This document shows positions 1 through 12,985 of a stretch of DNA of 64,000 nucleotides, piece after piece; the stretch's first letter is position 1, and each line of letters begins with the position of its first letter. A program made the translations under genes and the position numbers. Location: the NCBI RefSeq assembly GCF_006345805.1, contig NC_043014.1, forward strand, positions 42,160,001-42,224,000. Direction: 5' to 3'. The notes beneath the pieces were generated by a model. The model saw only the letters and a program-made list of their open reading frames with translations. It was not told the origin of the DNA and did no database searches. Source of the DNA: Octopus sinensis. Its lineage: Eukaryota.

Positions 1-705
1 AACCTTTAAGAAACACGTCCCCAGTGCGTAACTGGTACTTAATTTATCGAACCCGAAAGGATGAAAGGCAAAGTCGACCTCGGCAGAATTTGAACTCAGA
101 ACGTAGCGGCAGACGAAATACCTATTTCTTTACTACCCACAAAGGGCTAAACGCAGAGAGGACAAACAAGGACAGACAAACGGATTAAGTCGATTATATC
201 GACCCCAGTGCGTAACTGGTACTTATTCAATCGACCCCGAAAGGATGAAAGGCAAAGTCGAACTCGGGAGAATTTGAACTCAGAACGTAGCGGCAGACGA
301 AATACCTATTTCTTTACTACCCACAAAGGGCTAAACGCAGAGAGGACAAACAAGGACAGACAAACGGATTAAGTCGATTATATCGACCCCAGTGCGTAAC
401 TGGTACTTATTCAATCGACCCCGAAAGGATGAAAGGCAAAGTCGAACTCGGGAGAATTTGAACTCAGAACGTAGCGGCAGACGAAATACCTATTTCTTTA
501 CTACCCACAAAGGGCTAAACGCAGAGAGGACAAACAAGGACAGACAAACGGATTAAGTCGATTATATCGACCCCAGTGCGTAACTGGTACTTATTCAATC
601 GACCCCGAAAGGATGAAAGGCAAAGTCGACCTCGGCGGAATTTGAACTCAGAACGTAGCGGCAGACGAAATACCGCAAAGCATTTCGCCCGGCGTGCTAA
701 TTACC
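1..705 (-). mobile_element. SINE-B head-to-tail array: one head plus 184-bp units
   Basis: Units recur at 121, 305, 489 (period 184). Each junction reads tail AAAGAAATA|GGTATTTCGTCTG on the minus strand. Single Pol III-type head at ~670-705; B-box-like GAGTTCAAATTCC; central GTCGACTTTGCCTTTCATCCTTTCGGGGTCGAT resembles the Nin/Deu SINE domain. Confidence 0.9.
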
Positions 706-934
706 TGAATGAAAATTTTCCAAGAAAGATGAAAGGAATGTTAAACTTTTACCCACCTGTCAGCTATTTACATTGATTGGATGACAACAAAGCAACGTGG
801 CCGCTGCAAAATCTTGGTGGCTAATCACAGTAACACAAAACATTAAAATCAGAAATGTTTTGCACCTTGTATGACAATTCTCTTTACAAAAATTTTATCA
901 ACCATTCAGCTGATGTGAAAGAAGACAAAATTGT

Positions 935-1220
935 GGAGGCACAAGGCCTAGTGGTTAGAGCAGGGATCACGGGTTCGAATCTCAGACTGGGCGATGTGTG
1001 TGTTTATGAGCGAAACACCTAAACTCTACACGGCTCCGGCAGAAGGTAATGGTGAACTTCTGCTGACTCTTTCGCCACAACTTTCTCTCACTCTTTCTTC
1101 TTGCAGTTCATCTGCGACGGACCGGCGACCCGTCCAGGTGGGGGACCTATACGCCAAGGAAACGGGGAAACCGGCCCTTATGAGCCAGGCATGGCTCGAG
1201 AAGGAACAAAAAAACCAAGA
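935..1220 (+). mobile_element. tRNA-derived SINE-C (tail variant 2)
   Basis: A box GGCCTAGTGGTTAG, B box GGTTCGAATC; tail GGACCGGCGACCCGTCCAGG...GGCTCGAGAAGGAAC(A)n also seen at 3290-3410. Confidence 0.8.
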
Positions 1221-1282
1221 CAAAATTGAAATGCAGTTCTCGTATAACGAAAAAGAACGAAAAAGAAGATTAAGAGAAGTTA

Positions 1283-1791
1283 TCTATATATATATAAAAC
1301 TGTAGTTGTGTGAGTGTCTGTCCCCTTCGATTTAGATTCCTAACTACTCCCACATTTTGCGGTGCAGTTTAACCAAATTCGGGTATCTTATAGTCGTAAT
1401 TCATACCGAGCACGTCTGGCTATTAGCGCGCGTCTACGATGAGTCTACGATTTAAAAAATAATTTAACATCACTTTTTATTCCATTTTAATGCATATTTT
1501 TTCGTGTGTCGATGGCGGCAGAGTTGGCGTCCATGGTCACACCTGCACCTGTGTTGCTTTCCCCCTTCTTCCCTCCCTCGTGAAGCTGTGGGGAAGGGAG
1601 TGTAAGAAAATAAACGTCGTAAAGCGTTGTCAGGGAACCAGCGTTCTTTTAGAACAACGACTTCATGGCTTGAAGACACCAGAAATGGCTAAGAAAGCCC
1701 GAATTGGCATCTATAAGGGAAGTAACTCTCTAAAAATGCTTATATAGTTATTTCCCTTACAAACCCGAGTAACGCCGGGCGATACTGCTAG
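1283..1791 (+). mobile_element. Non-autonomous Helitron
   Basis: 5' TCTATATATATATAAAAC; 3' hairpin CCCGAGTAACGCCGGG then CTAG; inserted between A and T with no TSD; homologous copy at 41237-41749. Confidence 0.85.
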
Positions 1792-2364
1792 TTTAAGATA
1801 AGATGATTTTTATTTTTATTTTTATTTTGCTAAGTTATTTCTCTTCCAGTCACAACCATATATTATATGATTTTAAAATTTCACTCTACTAAGCACTTTA
1901 TATTTCTCCCTTTTTCTCTAGCTCTTCAACAAACCTTTTAACTATGTACTTCCCCGCTTCATTGATTTCGTTATCCCCTCTTCGTCTCTTTAATATTTCT
2001 CTCTTTCTTTTCACCTTTCCCTCCCTCCCCATCCTACAACACGTCATTAACACGTTTTTCTCCCACTTTTCTCTCACCGTCTTTTTCTCTCCTTCTTCGC
2101 CTCACACTTCAACTAACCACGTGATGCATTTGGCCTTATTGTATTATTACACTCCTTTCTTCTTTCTTCTCTACTCACATTTCTTCCTCCCACTCTCTCT
2201 CTCCAACGCACATTCACTCCACCTCCGCCTCTCTAACTAACTAAAGTATAACGGGTGAACGAACAAGCAGATTAGTGTACTATTACAACTTTATATTCAA
2301 TGCCACTTGAAAATGCTTCAATAAATGCATGATGAAGCATACTAAATTTTATTTTTTTTCCACA

Positions 2365-2531
2365 GGCGTAGGAGTGGTTGTGTGGTAAGTAGCTTGCTTA
2401 CGAACTACATGGTTCTGGGTTCAGTCCCACTGCGTGGCACCTTGGACAAGTGTCTTCTACTATAGCCTCGGGTCCACCAAAGCCTTGTGAGTGGATTTGG
2501 TAGACGGAAACTGAAAGAAGCCCGTCGTATG

Positions 2532-2580
<49 letters not shown>

Positions 2581-2822
2581 TTGTAGGTCAGTGTTTGTCC
2601 CCCCCCCCAACATCGCTTGACAACCGATGCTGGTATGTTGACGTCCCCGTAATCTAGCGGTTCGACAAAAGAGACCGATAGAATAAGTACTAGGCTTACA
2701 TGGTTCCGGGTTCAGTCCCACTACGTGGCATCTTGGACAAGTGTCTTCTACTATAGCCTCGGGTCGACCAAAGCCTTGTGAGTGGATTTGGTAGACGGAG
2801 ACTGAAAGAAGCCCGTCGTATG

Positions 2823-2863
<41 letters not shown>

Positions 2864-3155
2864 TTGTAGGTCAGTGTTTGTCCCCCCCCCCCACATCGCT
2901 TGACAACCGATGCTGGTGTGTTTACGTGCCCGTAACCTAGCGGTTCGGCAAAAGAGACCGATTAATAAGTACTAGGCTTACATGGTTCCGGGTTCTGTCC
3001 CACTGCGTGGCACCTTGGACAAGTGTCTTCTACTATAGCCTCGGATCGACCAAAGCCTTGTGAGTGGATTTGGTAGACGGAAACTGAAAGAAGCCCGTCG
3101 TATGTATATGTGTGTGTGTGTTTGTCTCCCAACATCGCTTGACAACCGATGCTGG
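2365..3155 (+). mobile_element. SINE-A, one head plus two tandem re-starts
   Basis: Head GGCGTAGGAGTGGTTGTGTGG; body restarts at TTACATGGTTCCGGG at ~2696 and ~2978; each unit holds an internal (TA)(TG) microsatellite. Confidence 0.85.
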
Positions 3156-3262
3156 TTGACAGAGTGTTTAAGGCTGTGTGTCTGTATAAGAAATAATTGC
3201 TATTTGGCCGCAACAGAGCTAATATAAAAGAACTGTGATCAAGTTTGGTATTACCATAACAA

Positions 3263-3410
3263 CATTTTCTCACTCTTTCCTCCTGCATCTTGCAGCTCAC
3301 CTGCGATGGACCGGCGTCCCGTCCAGGTGGGGAACCTATACGCCACGGAAACCGGGAAACCGGCCCTTATGAGCCAGGCATGGCTCGAGAAGGAACAAAC
3401 AAAAACAAAA
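3263..3410 (+). mobile_element. SINE-C 3' half (partner of head at 5621-5723)
   Basis: Same tail as 935-1220; ends in an A-rich tract abutting the mariner fragment. Confidence 0.8.
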
Positions 3411-3805
3411 CTGCGTGGATTGCATCTTTCGCTTTGGGCCAAAGCGATGAACCCAACACTCGTCCTGGATTAGGGAATGTTCAAGAAAACCAGCTGGATC
3501 TACATGAAACAATATCAGATTTTTCCCGTGATTTGATCAGCCTCGTCCACTCTTGATCAAGTGTCAGAAGACGTGGCACCCATCGAGCAGAAACTTTCGT
3601 CATGCCAAACTCATTGTGCAGAACATTTTCAAGTCTCTCACAGGATATGCTAATAGCATTTGGTTATATATGATTTATAGACAACCACCTATCATCCCTC
3701 AACTTGTGGTTATCACGATCAATGTTTCCCTTTGAGCATTGCATGACGTTGGGTCAACTTCAAGACTCTCCCTTTGCCTCCTAAATTCAGTTACCCACTT
3801 TTGAA
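3411..3805 (-). pseudogene. Mariner transposase, N-terminal/middle fragment (decayed)
   Basis: Manual minus-strand translation with frameshifts: KWVTEFRR.RESLE..., ENVLHNEFGMTKVSARWVPRLLTLDQ, QDECWVH. WVPxxL is the established mariner linker motif. Confidence 0.85.
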
Positions 3806-4016
3806 CTCTCTTTTACTATTTTACTCTTTTGCTTGTTTCAGTCATTTGACTGTGGCCATGCTGGAGCACCGCCTTTAGTCGAGCAAATCGACCGCCCCTC
3901 TACAGGGAGCTGTCGCTCCTCTTGCTCTCCTATTAACTGTGCCACTGTGTGTGGTATGATCTTTGAACAACTACTGTTCATGTTATTATATATATATTAT
4001 ATATATTATATATATT

Positions 4017-4149
<133 letters not shown>

Positions 4150-4413
4150 CCTATATTTGCTATTTAAATATAGCTAACCCCTAAGGGTGGATGCTACTGT
4201 AGTTTGTAGCCCCAGGAGGACACTTCCTCAGCTGGCTATAGACACACTTTCTGTGCCCTATCAGTATTTGCAAAGGGACGCCATCCTTCCCGTCTTCAAC
4301 TTATGATACACACGGACTCGAGTTTCTGAGTACTGACCCGTCATCGGCGTGTGACAATCACAGTTGTCGCTGAAAAGTAGGTTCCCTTCACAAATACATA
4401 TACATACATACAT

Positions 4414-4473
<60 letters not shown>

Positions 4474-4514
4474 TGTATTTGTGAAGGGACCTACTTTTCA
4501 TCGACAACTGTCGC

Positions 4515-4745
4515 AGGATCGCGGTTTCGATTCCCAGACCGGGCGTTGTGTGTGTTTGTTGAGCGAAAACACCTAAAAGCTCCACGATGCTCCGGCAGGG
4601 GGTGGTGATCCCTGCTGTACTCTTTCACCACTCTTTCTCCCACTCTTGGTGGCGTCATTCGAAGGCTAAAACAATGTGAACGCATTGTGACCAGCGATGT
4701 GTAACAACATCTGATGGACTGGTCGGTCACGTGATCACGTGATAT
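4515..4745 (+). mobile_element. SINE-C (tail variant 3), 5'-truncated
   Basis: B box GGTTTCGATTCC and SINE-C body, with tail GGTGGCGTCATTCGAAGGCTAAAACAATG...GGTCACGTGATCACGTGAT. Confidence 0.75.
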
Positions 4746-5620
4746 ATATATATATATATATAATTGTCTTCTATATTCATTAATTTCATGTTTCAGTGAC
4801 AAAGTCGTTATGTATGAAACTTACAACTGTTGAAAAAGTGCCAATTTGGAAAAATGTGCTCAGGGAGGCTGGGGTCGCTCCCCTTGCTCCTCGCTTAGCA
4901 ATGGAACTGGCTGACACTCCCATGATGGTACTCACAGAGCCATTTAGGCTCTACAAGTTTGTACAATTGTAGTTTGGCCTCCATGACTCGGCCAGTACTA
5001 ATTTTCAACTGAGTAAACGAGTAAAACAGTGAAGTTAAGTGAATTGCTCGAGAACACTACGTATTGCCTGATCCAGGAATCGAACCTAAAATTCTTATGA
5101 TCATGAGCCAAACACCTTAACTGTTTCAAAATTTGATAGCTGACACGATCCGAGGTTTTCTCAAATACCTCTTGCATGAATCAATGATTTAATTGTTGCT
5201 AACTCAACAGGAACTGAGAACTAAGAACACATTTTATAATCTTCATCAACCTCAAGAAGAACTTGCTTGGTGCGTCATCTCTGATTTTATTATGTTCTAC
5301 TAGGATAGACACTTAGAGTCACCGTCTGCAAGCAAAATAAACGGTTAAGTGGCTGCTAAAATGCTTGATGATGCAAGTGAAACGTTTTTAATTCATTAAA
5401 ATTACTGCCACAGAGAAAAGAGAGAGAGAGAGAGAAAAAAAAGGGAAAGAAAACACCCATTAACTTAATGATCAAATAATTAGTAGCTAATTAAAGACTG
5501 TGAGTGGCATGTCTGAAATTTAAATCCATTAAAATGAATTAAGAATTCTGTGGTAAAGGTGATGGCTTACAAGGGGGGGGAGAGAATTTGAGCTTTGCTA
5601 TACAGGGGTGACAACTCCAA

Positions 5621-5723
5621 ACATGTTTCGCTCATAAACACACACATTGTCCGGTCTGAGATTCGAACCCGCGATCCCTCGACCGCAAGTCCGCTGCTCT
5701 AACCACTAGGCCATGTGCCTCCA
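5621..5723 (-). mobile_element. SINE-C tRNA-like head (truncated)
   Basis: Reverse complement GGAGGCACATGGCCTAGTGGTTAGAGC...GGTTCGAATCTCAGACCGG, matching 935-1015. Confidence 0.85.
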
Positions 5724-6495
5724 CAATCCATGCAGTGGAAACACCTCTTCTTCGCCTTCTCCAAAGAAGGCTAAGGTTGCTTCATTTGCAGGGAAGATAA
5801 TGTTTTTGGGGGATGCAAAACGTGTTGTGTTTATTAATAATATTCAAACGAGCCACGCCATCAACGGAGAGTACAATACCTGTTTCTTTACTACCCACAA
5901 GGGGCTAAACACAGAGAGGGCAAACAAGGGCAGACAAACGGATTAAGTCGATTATATCGACCCCAGTGCATAACTGGTACTTATTTAATCGACCCCGAAA
6001 GGATGAAAGGCAAAGTCGACCTCGGCGGAATTTGAACTCAGAACGTAGCGCAACTTACTGAGACTGTTACGAAAGCCATCAGGACCAAATGCCCAGGAAA
6101 ACTGACGAAAGGGATTTTGTTTCATCAGGACAATGCTCCAGCGTACAAGTCCTTGGTTTCGACGGCTGCTGTGCGTGACTGTGGCATTGAACCGCTTAAT
6201 CATCATGCCTATTTTCCTGGTGTCGAACCATCTGTCTACCATCTGTTCCACAACATTAAAAAAAAAAAACACTTGGCTGGGAAGCAGTGTCGCAGTGATG
6301 AAGACGTCATATCCGCAGTGGATGACTTCTTTGACCAACAGGATGAAGACCTCTTCACTAATGGGACCCAGGCACTGCAACACCGATTGAAGAAGTGTGT
6401 GGGCCGCAAGGAAGACTATGTTGAGAAATAAACCTCATTTGGTCACATTCCATGAGAGTATCTTAGTCAGCCTATGAACTTTCCAGCAGACCTGC
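5724..6495 (+). pseudogene. Mariner transposase C-terminal fragment with right TIR, interrupted by a SINE-B unit at ~5876-6050
   Basis: PKKAKV..AGK, INGEY, LFHQDNAP, degenerate YSPDLAPSD (YFPGVEPSVY), KKHLAGK, KCV...DYVEK*; TIR-like ATGAACTTTCCAGCAGACC. Confidence 0.9.
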
Positions 6496-6521
6496 GCGCG
6501 TGCATGCGTGTATGTATGTAT

Positions 6522-6828
6522 GAAGGTGCATAGCTCAATGATTAGACCGTTGGTCTCACAATCATGAGGTAGTGAGTTCTGTTCCCGGTCCGGGCTGCGT
6601 GTGTGTTCTTGAGCAAGACACTTTATTTCACGTTGCTCCAGTTCACTCAGTTGTAGAAATGAGTTGCAACGTCACAGGTGCCAAGCTGTATCGGCCCCTT
6701 TGCCTTTTCCTTGGACAACATCAGTGGTGTGGAGAGAGGAGGACAGTATGCATGGGCGACTGTTGGTCTTCCATAAACAACCTTGCCCGGACTTGTGCCT
6801 CGGGGAGTAACTTTCTAGGAGCGATCTA
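6522..6828 (+). mobile_element. tRNA-derived SINE-D
   Basis: Head GAAGGTGCATAGCTCAATGATTAG; central TGTTCTTGAGCAAGACACTTTATTTCACGTTGCTCCAG; homolog at 32645-32860. Confidence 0.75.
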
Positions 6829-6834
6829 AACCTT

Positions 6835-6907
<73 letters not shown>

Positions 6908-6996
6908 ATTATATATATATAGACTCAATCAAAAACATATATCATTCATCTTTACTACGATATTGAGTACTCTTTCTTCCAACAGTCATCAACAGT

Positions 6997-7035
<39 letters not shown>

Positions 7036-7036
7036 G

Positions 7037-7090
<54 letters not shown>

Positions 7091-7509
7091 GTGTGTGTGT
7101 GTGTGTGTTGTGGTGTGTGTGTGTTTGTGTGTGTGTATGTGAGAAGCGCTGGATTAACCATTACGCAAGATAGGCAAGTGCTTAGGGCATCAAGGGAAGG
7201 AGGCGGAGCACCACATAAATGGTAAATAGTTTACAGCACAAAAGAAATCACTTTAAACTTGCTAAAATATTATTCGGGATGCCTTTATCTGTACTAAGTA
7301 TAAAATGCAGATGTGTTACCTAAGATTGATTTTTGAGGATCTGATCAAAGACTTTGCAATTCAAAAAAGTAGGAGGAAACTTTTCAAATATAAATAAAGT
7401 GGAAGTATACAAAAAACAAACATTATTTTCCCTTTTACAGTTTTGTTTCGTTTTGAAAAATAAAAATCTATTATATGGTTGTTTATTATTGTTTATAATT
7501 TGAATCGCC

Positions 7510-7919
7510 GGATCTTATCGGTTTGAACGGCAGTTTTTAACATCATAGGTAACTAAAAAATTTTAAACTTCGTATACTGGTAGAATGTGTTTATAAAACA
7601 TCTTTTTCTCTTGGCTTTATTGAGAAAATTCTATAGTTTGTAAGATATTTGTTGTCTTTTTCTTCAATTTCTGCAATTTCAACCAATCACTGACGTCTAT
7701 TGAGGTAAAAAAAACATTCTGTGCCGTATGAATATGTCCCTTGTTTAAGAAACAGATTGGGTTTATTTACATTTGTGAAGAAAAAAAGATACCCTTCCCC
7801 CCAACCCCTAACCCTAAAACAGATTGAAATGCAATAGATCGATACTGGGATCATAATTATGGGCGACAATTTCATATGACACCGCTAGAAACAAACTGCC
7901 ATTCAAACCGAAAAGATCC
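7510..7919. mobile_element. MITE with ~28-bp TIRs (superfamily unassigned)
   Basis: GGATCTTATCGGTTTGAACGGCAGTTTT ... AAACTGCCATTCAAACCGAAAAGATCC; second copy at 20032-20475; no TSD seen. Confidence 0.85.
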
Positions 7920-8497
7920 GAATTGCCTCATCTTTCATAGGGGCACCAAAATCTTTTAAGTGCTTAGGGCCTAGATGGGTTAAAATCCGGCCCTGTGAGT
8001 GTCTGTATGTGTGTGCGCATGCGCACTGCATATGTAAGCGCGCGCACAAACACAGACACACACACACACAAATACACACATGGACACACACGTGTCGTAT
8101 GTGTAAACAATAACGACTTAAATTATTCGTGTTTGTAAATATATATTTTCCTTAGGGTATAAAATGGCGTCTTAATTTTCTCACCATCTGTCAATATAGA
8201 ATCGGTTTCTCTGTCTGTCTGTCTCTCCCTCTCTCTATCTCTCTCTCTCTTTCTCCCTCTGTCTCTTTCTTTCTGCCTCTCTTTCTATCTCTTATTTCTC
8301 TCTCTGTCTCATGAGAATTAAAATCGTGAGGAATTTTATAAAACTTGCCTGTTTAAAAGTAACAACGGAATTACCTCCCTTAGACTTGTTACGTAATATA
8401 TTTTGATCAAATGTGACAATTAGTGTTATATGTACCATGTAGACCAGAACATGTGCCTCGGTGTGTGAGTGTCTGTGTAGTGTGTGTGTGTGTGTGT

Positions 8498-8533
<36 letters not shown>

Positions 8534-8739
8534 CGCGCGTATACATGTCAATGAATAAACGTATGCACATCCATACACATACATACACAGATATAGACAC
8601 ACAAAACATATATATACATACACAGGTACACATACATATATACATACATACATACATACATACATACACACATAAATACATACATAAAGAAAACACCTAC
8701 ACACACACACACACACACACACAAACAGGTGCATGTTTG

Positions 8740-9098
8740 TTTGGTTAAAAAGCTCACTTCGAAATCATGAGCTTTCAGGTTCAGATCTTCTACTATAGCC
8801 CCGGGTCTATCAATGCCTTGTGAGAGAATTTAGTAAACGGAAACTGTGTGGAAGCCTGTTGTATATACTAGCACATATATCCAGCCTTGCTCGGGATTAA
8901 AATGACAGTTTTTTTTTTTGTACTTGTTTCAGTCATGACTGCGGCCATGCTGGAGTACCGCCTTTGGTCGAAAAAAAATCTACCACAGGATTTATTCTTT
9001 GTAAGTTTCGTATTTATTCTATCAGTGTCTTTTGACGAACCGCTAGTTTATGAGAACGTAAACACAGCAACATCGGTTGTCAAGAAATGGTGGGGGTA

Positions 9099-9132
<34 letters not shown>

Positions 9133-9179
9133 ATACACATATATACGACTGTCTTCTTTCTACAGACATTTATATGCAT

Positions 9180-9232
<53 letters not shown>

Positions 9233-9308
9233 TACATATATATACACATATATGCATATGTATATATATATATAAACATACACATACATACATACATACA
9301 TACATACA

Positions 9309-9344
<36 letters not shown>

Positions 9345-9837
9345 TATATACAGCAAGAGTAGTTGTGTGGTAAGTAGCTTGCTTACCAACCACATGGTTC
9401 TGGGTTCAGTCCCACTGCGTAGCACCTTGGGCAAGTGTCTTCTACTATAGACTCGGGCAGACCAAAGCCTTGTGAGTGGATTTGGTAGACGGAAACTGAA
9501 AGAAGCGCGTCATGTATATATGCGTGTGGTTGTGTGTGTGTGTATGTGTGTGTTTGTCCCCCCATCACCGCTTGACAACCGATGCTGGTGCGTTTACGTC
9601 CCCGTAACTTAGCGATTCGGCAAAAGAGACCGGTGGAATAAGTACAGTGTTATTGGACGCTCAGGAAAAAAAGAAGGAGGATTTCACGTTTCGAGCGGAG
9701 CTTTTCGTCAGAAGAAGTCCAAAGAAGGGAAGACGGAGAAAGAAAATCGCCAACGATACACCGCGCGCGTATATATATAAAAATAAATATATATAATAAA
9801 TAAATAAATATATATATATATATATATATAATATATA

Positions 9838-9907
<70 letters not shown>

Positions 9908-10330
9908 CGCAGGAGTGGCTGTGTGGTAAGTAGCTTGCTAACCAACCACATGGTTCCGGGTTCAGTCCCACTGCGTGGCAAGTGTCTTCTGCTATAGCCC
10001 CGGGCCGACCAATGCCTTGTGAGTGGATTTGGTAGACGGGAACTGAAAGAAGCCTGTCGTATATATGTATGTATATATATATATATAAGTGTGTGTGAAC
10101 ATGTTTGTGTGTCTGTGTTTGTTCCCCTAGCATTGCTTGACAACTGATGCTGGTGTGTTTACGTCCCCGTCACTTAGCGGTTCGGCAAAAGAGACCGATA
10201 GAATAAGTACTGGGCTTACAAAGAATAAGTCCCGGGGTCGATTTGCTCGACTAAAGGCGGTGCTCCAGCATGGCCGCAGTCAAATGACTGAAACAAGTAA
10301 AAAGAGTAAAAAAAAGAGTATATATATATA
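8740..10330. mobile_element. Cluster of SINE-A copies in both orientations, with microsatellites
   Basis: Heads at ~9352 and ~9905 (+); minus copy ~8925-9110; complete + copy 9905-10320 ending in (AAAAGAGT) repeats. Confidence 0.8.
9681..9717 (-). ncRNA. Degenerate minimal hammerhead-like motif (Penelope-type repeat fragment)
   Basis: Reverse complement CTTCTT-CTGACGA-AAAGC-tcc-GCTC-GAAA-CGT-G-AAAT: canonical core, one stem II mismatch, G at the cleavage position. Confidence 0.45.
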
Positions 10331-10796
10331 TATATAATGCTCGAAATGAGAAGTAGATACACTGCCGGCAACTGATGAAGGGGCGTTCGCTATGTTACTT
10401 GTCTTGTTTTCCATTTGCTTCTCTCGTTGTTTGTGTATTGAACTCATTTGTTTTCGTATTTCATGTTGTTTACTTTGGGTGACGTCCTGTACCCATATAT
10501 GCATTTCTTCATTTGTATTGCTTTTACGTCCTGCTCTTGTCACCTTTTTTTACCCCTCTGCAAAAGAATTTTATTTAATTCATTTTGCAGGAAGGACTGC
10601 TTCGGTCGGATCGTGTTCTGCCCTTACCTTCGAAACACGCATTGAGTTGAAACAGGGGCAGCTGATGAAGGGGGATATTGCTTGTATTGTTTGTCTTGTA
10701 CTCTGTTTTTTTCGTTGTTAAAAAAAGTCCGTTTCCTTGTTTGATTTTATGTTTTCGTTTCTCGTTGTGTTCTACGTTTATTTGTGGTGTCCTGTA

Positions 10797-10857
<61 letters not shown>

Positions 10858-11027
10858 TAAATGCATGTATATATACATATAGATATAGGTATGTACATAT
10901 ATGTATGTATATATACATATAGATGTAGGTATGTACATATATGTATGTATGTATGCATGTTTTATTTATTAAATTGTTATTATATATATATATATAGATA
11001 TATATATATATATATATAGATATATAT

Positions 11028-11083
<56 letters not shown>

Positions 11084-11210
11084 GCATGTATATATACATA
11101 TAGATATAGGTATGTACATATATGTATGTATATATACATATAGATGTAGGTATGTACATATATGTATGTATGTATGCATGTTTTATTTATTAAATTGTTA
11201 TTATTATATA

Positions 11211-11280
<70 letters not shown>

Positions 11281-11629
11281 TGTCGATGTCATTTTGTTAA
11301 TTATTTTATTCTCTTTTTTAATTTAATCAGGAAGCTGATAAAAAAACAAAACAATTTTTGTCACCGAACGGAAGCAGTTTATCACACACTGGAACCACAC
11401 ACATATCGTTTATTGGAAACTAAAGTTTCTAGTATTGTTGTTTCAAACTCTCGTGTTTCCATTCAAACCTATTCATTGCCAAATGTCATATACGCACATC
11501 CGTTTGACGACAAAGTCACCGATCCACCGCAGCAGTTTTATTTCATTTTTGACACCAGACCACTCCACAGCACTTTCGCAATATATATGGAAAGCAATAA
11601 TTAAAAAAAAGATGCCACTAGCGCAGATT

Positions 11630-11711
11630 TAGTACCAGTTGAACACCGGGGTAGATGCAACCGGCTTAGTCCCTTACTCGAAACTGCTGACTCTGTTCTA
11701 AACTTTGAAAC

Positions 11712-11751
<40 letters not shown>

Positions 11752-12008
11752 TATTATTATTATTTTCATATACACATACATAATATTATTATTACTAAGG
11801 TGGCGAGCTGGCAGAATCGCTAGCACGTTGGACGAAATACTTAGTGGTAATTCCCTCGTCGCAGCGTTCTGAGTTCAAATTCCGCCGAGGTCGACTTTGC
11901 CTTTTATCCTATCGGGGTCGATAAATTAAGTACCAGCTGAGAACTGGGTCGATGTAATCAACTTAACCCTTCTCCCAAACACAAGGCCTTGTGCTTTCAG
12001 TAGAAAGG

Positions 12009-12043
<35 letters not shown>

Positions 12044-12290
12044 CATTATTATTATTAAGCCGGCGCGCTGCAAGAATCGTTAGCACACCGGGCAAAATGC
12101 TTAGCGGCATTTCGTCTGTCTTTATGTTCTGAGTTCAAATTCCGCCGAGTCCAATTTGCTTCTTATTCTTTCAGGGTCGATAAAATAAGCACGAGTTTGA
12201 CAGGAGTTTGGACAATAACTACGAGCTGGACATGCTGCCTCACCCGAGCTTGCTGGCCAAGAGCCAAAATTTGAAGCCATTATTATTGTT
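11630..12290 (+). mobile_element. Three SINE-B copies or fragments with (ATT)n-type tails
   Basis: Head AAGGTGGCGAGCTGGCAGAATCG at ~11797; tails ...GGCCTTGTGC..TAGAAAGGATT(ATT)n or ...TTTGAAACCATT(ATT)n. Confidence 0.8.
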
Positions 12291-12532
12291 GTTGTTTATG
12301 CTGCTATTCTTTCCCTTCTCTTTTTACTCCGTCTCCTCCTCCTCCTTTCTCTCTTCATTGCGCAAGTGAGAAGGGCCAAAGCGAACCACTCGCTGCGAAC
12401 CCACAGTCCTTTCGAATTATACATTTGGAGTTCAAAACATTAAAGGATGTACCACCACGAGCATTACACGAGCAACACTAGACAAAGCAACAAGCATAAA
12501 GCAACAGCATTTATATAAAGAAAAGAACAACA

Positions 12533-12985
12533 GGCGCGGGCGTGGCTGCGTGGTAAGAAGCTTGCTTCCCAACCACATGGTTCTGGGTTCAGTCCCACTG
12601 CGTGGCACCATGGGCACAAGTGTCTTCTACTATAGCATTGGGCCGACCAAAGCCTTGTGAGTGGATTTGGTAGACGGAAACTGAAAAGAAGCCCGTCGCA
12701 TGTATGTGTGTATGTGTGTGTGTGTGTGTGCGTGTGTGCGTGTATGTAAGTGTGTGTGCTTGTATGTATGTGTATCTTTGTGTCTGTGTTCGTCCCCCAC
12801 CACCTCTTGACAACCTACGTTAGTATGTTTACGTCCCGTAACTTAGCGATTCAGTAAAACAAAAAGACCGATTCTTTTTTTCAAAAAAAAAGTCTTGGGG
12901 TAGATTTGTTCGACTAAAACCCTTCAAGGCGGTGCCCCAGCATGGCAACAGTCAAATGACTGGAAGAAATAAAAAGATGAAGATA
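12533..12985 (+). mobile_element. SINE-A, full length
   Basis: Head, CCTTGGGCAAGT-like central domain, internal (TG)n, tail CCCCAGCATGG...AAATGACTG. Confidence 0.8.

Noticed and set aside
6117-6431. SETMAR-like host gene
   Set aside because: No SET domain or splice signals; a degraded, SINE-interrupted mariner with a TIR.
10370-10680. Hammerhead ribozymes at CTGATGA (10373, 10662)
   Set aside because: No closing stem II followed by GAAA in the required position.
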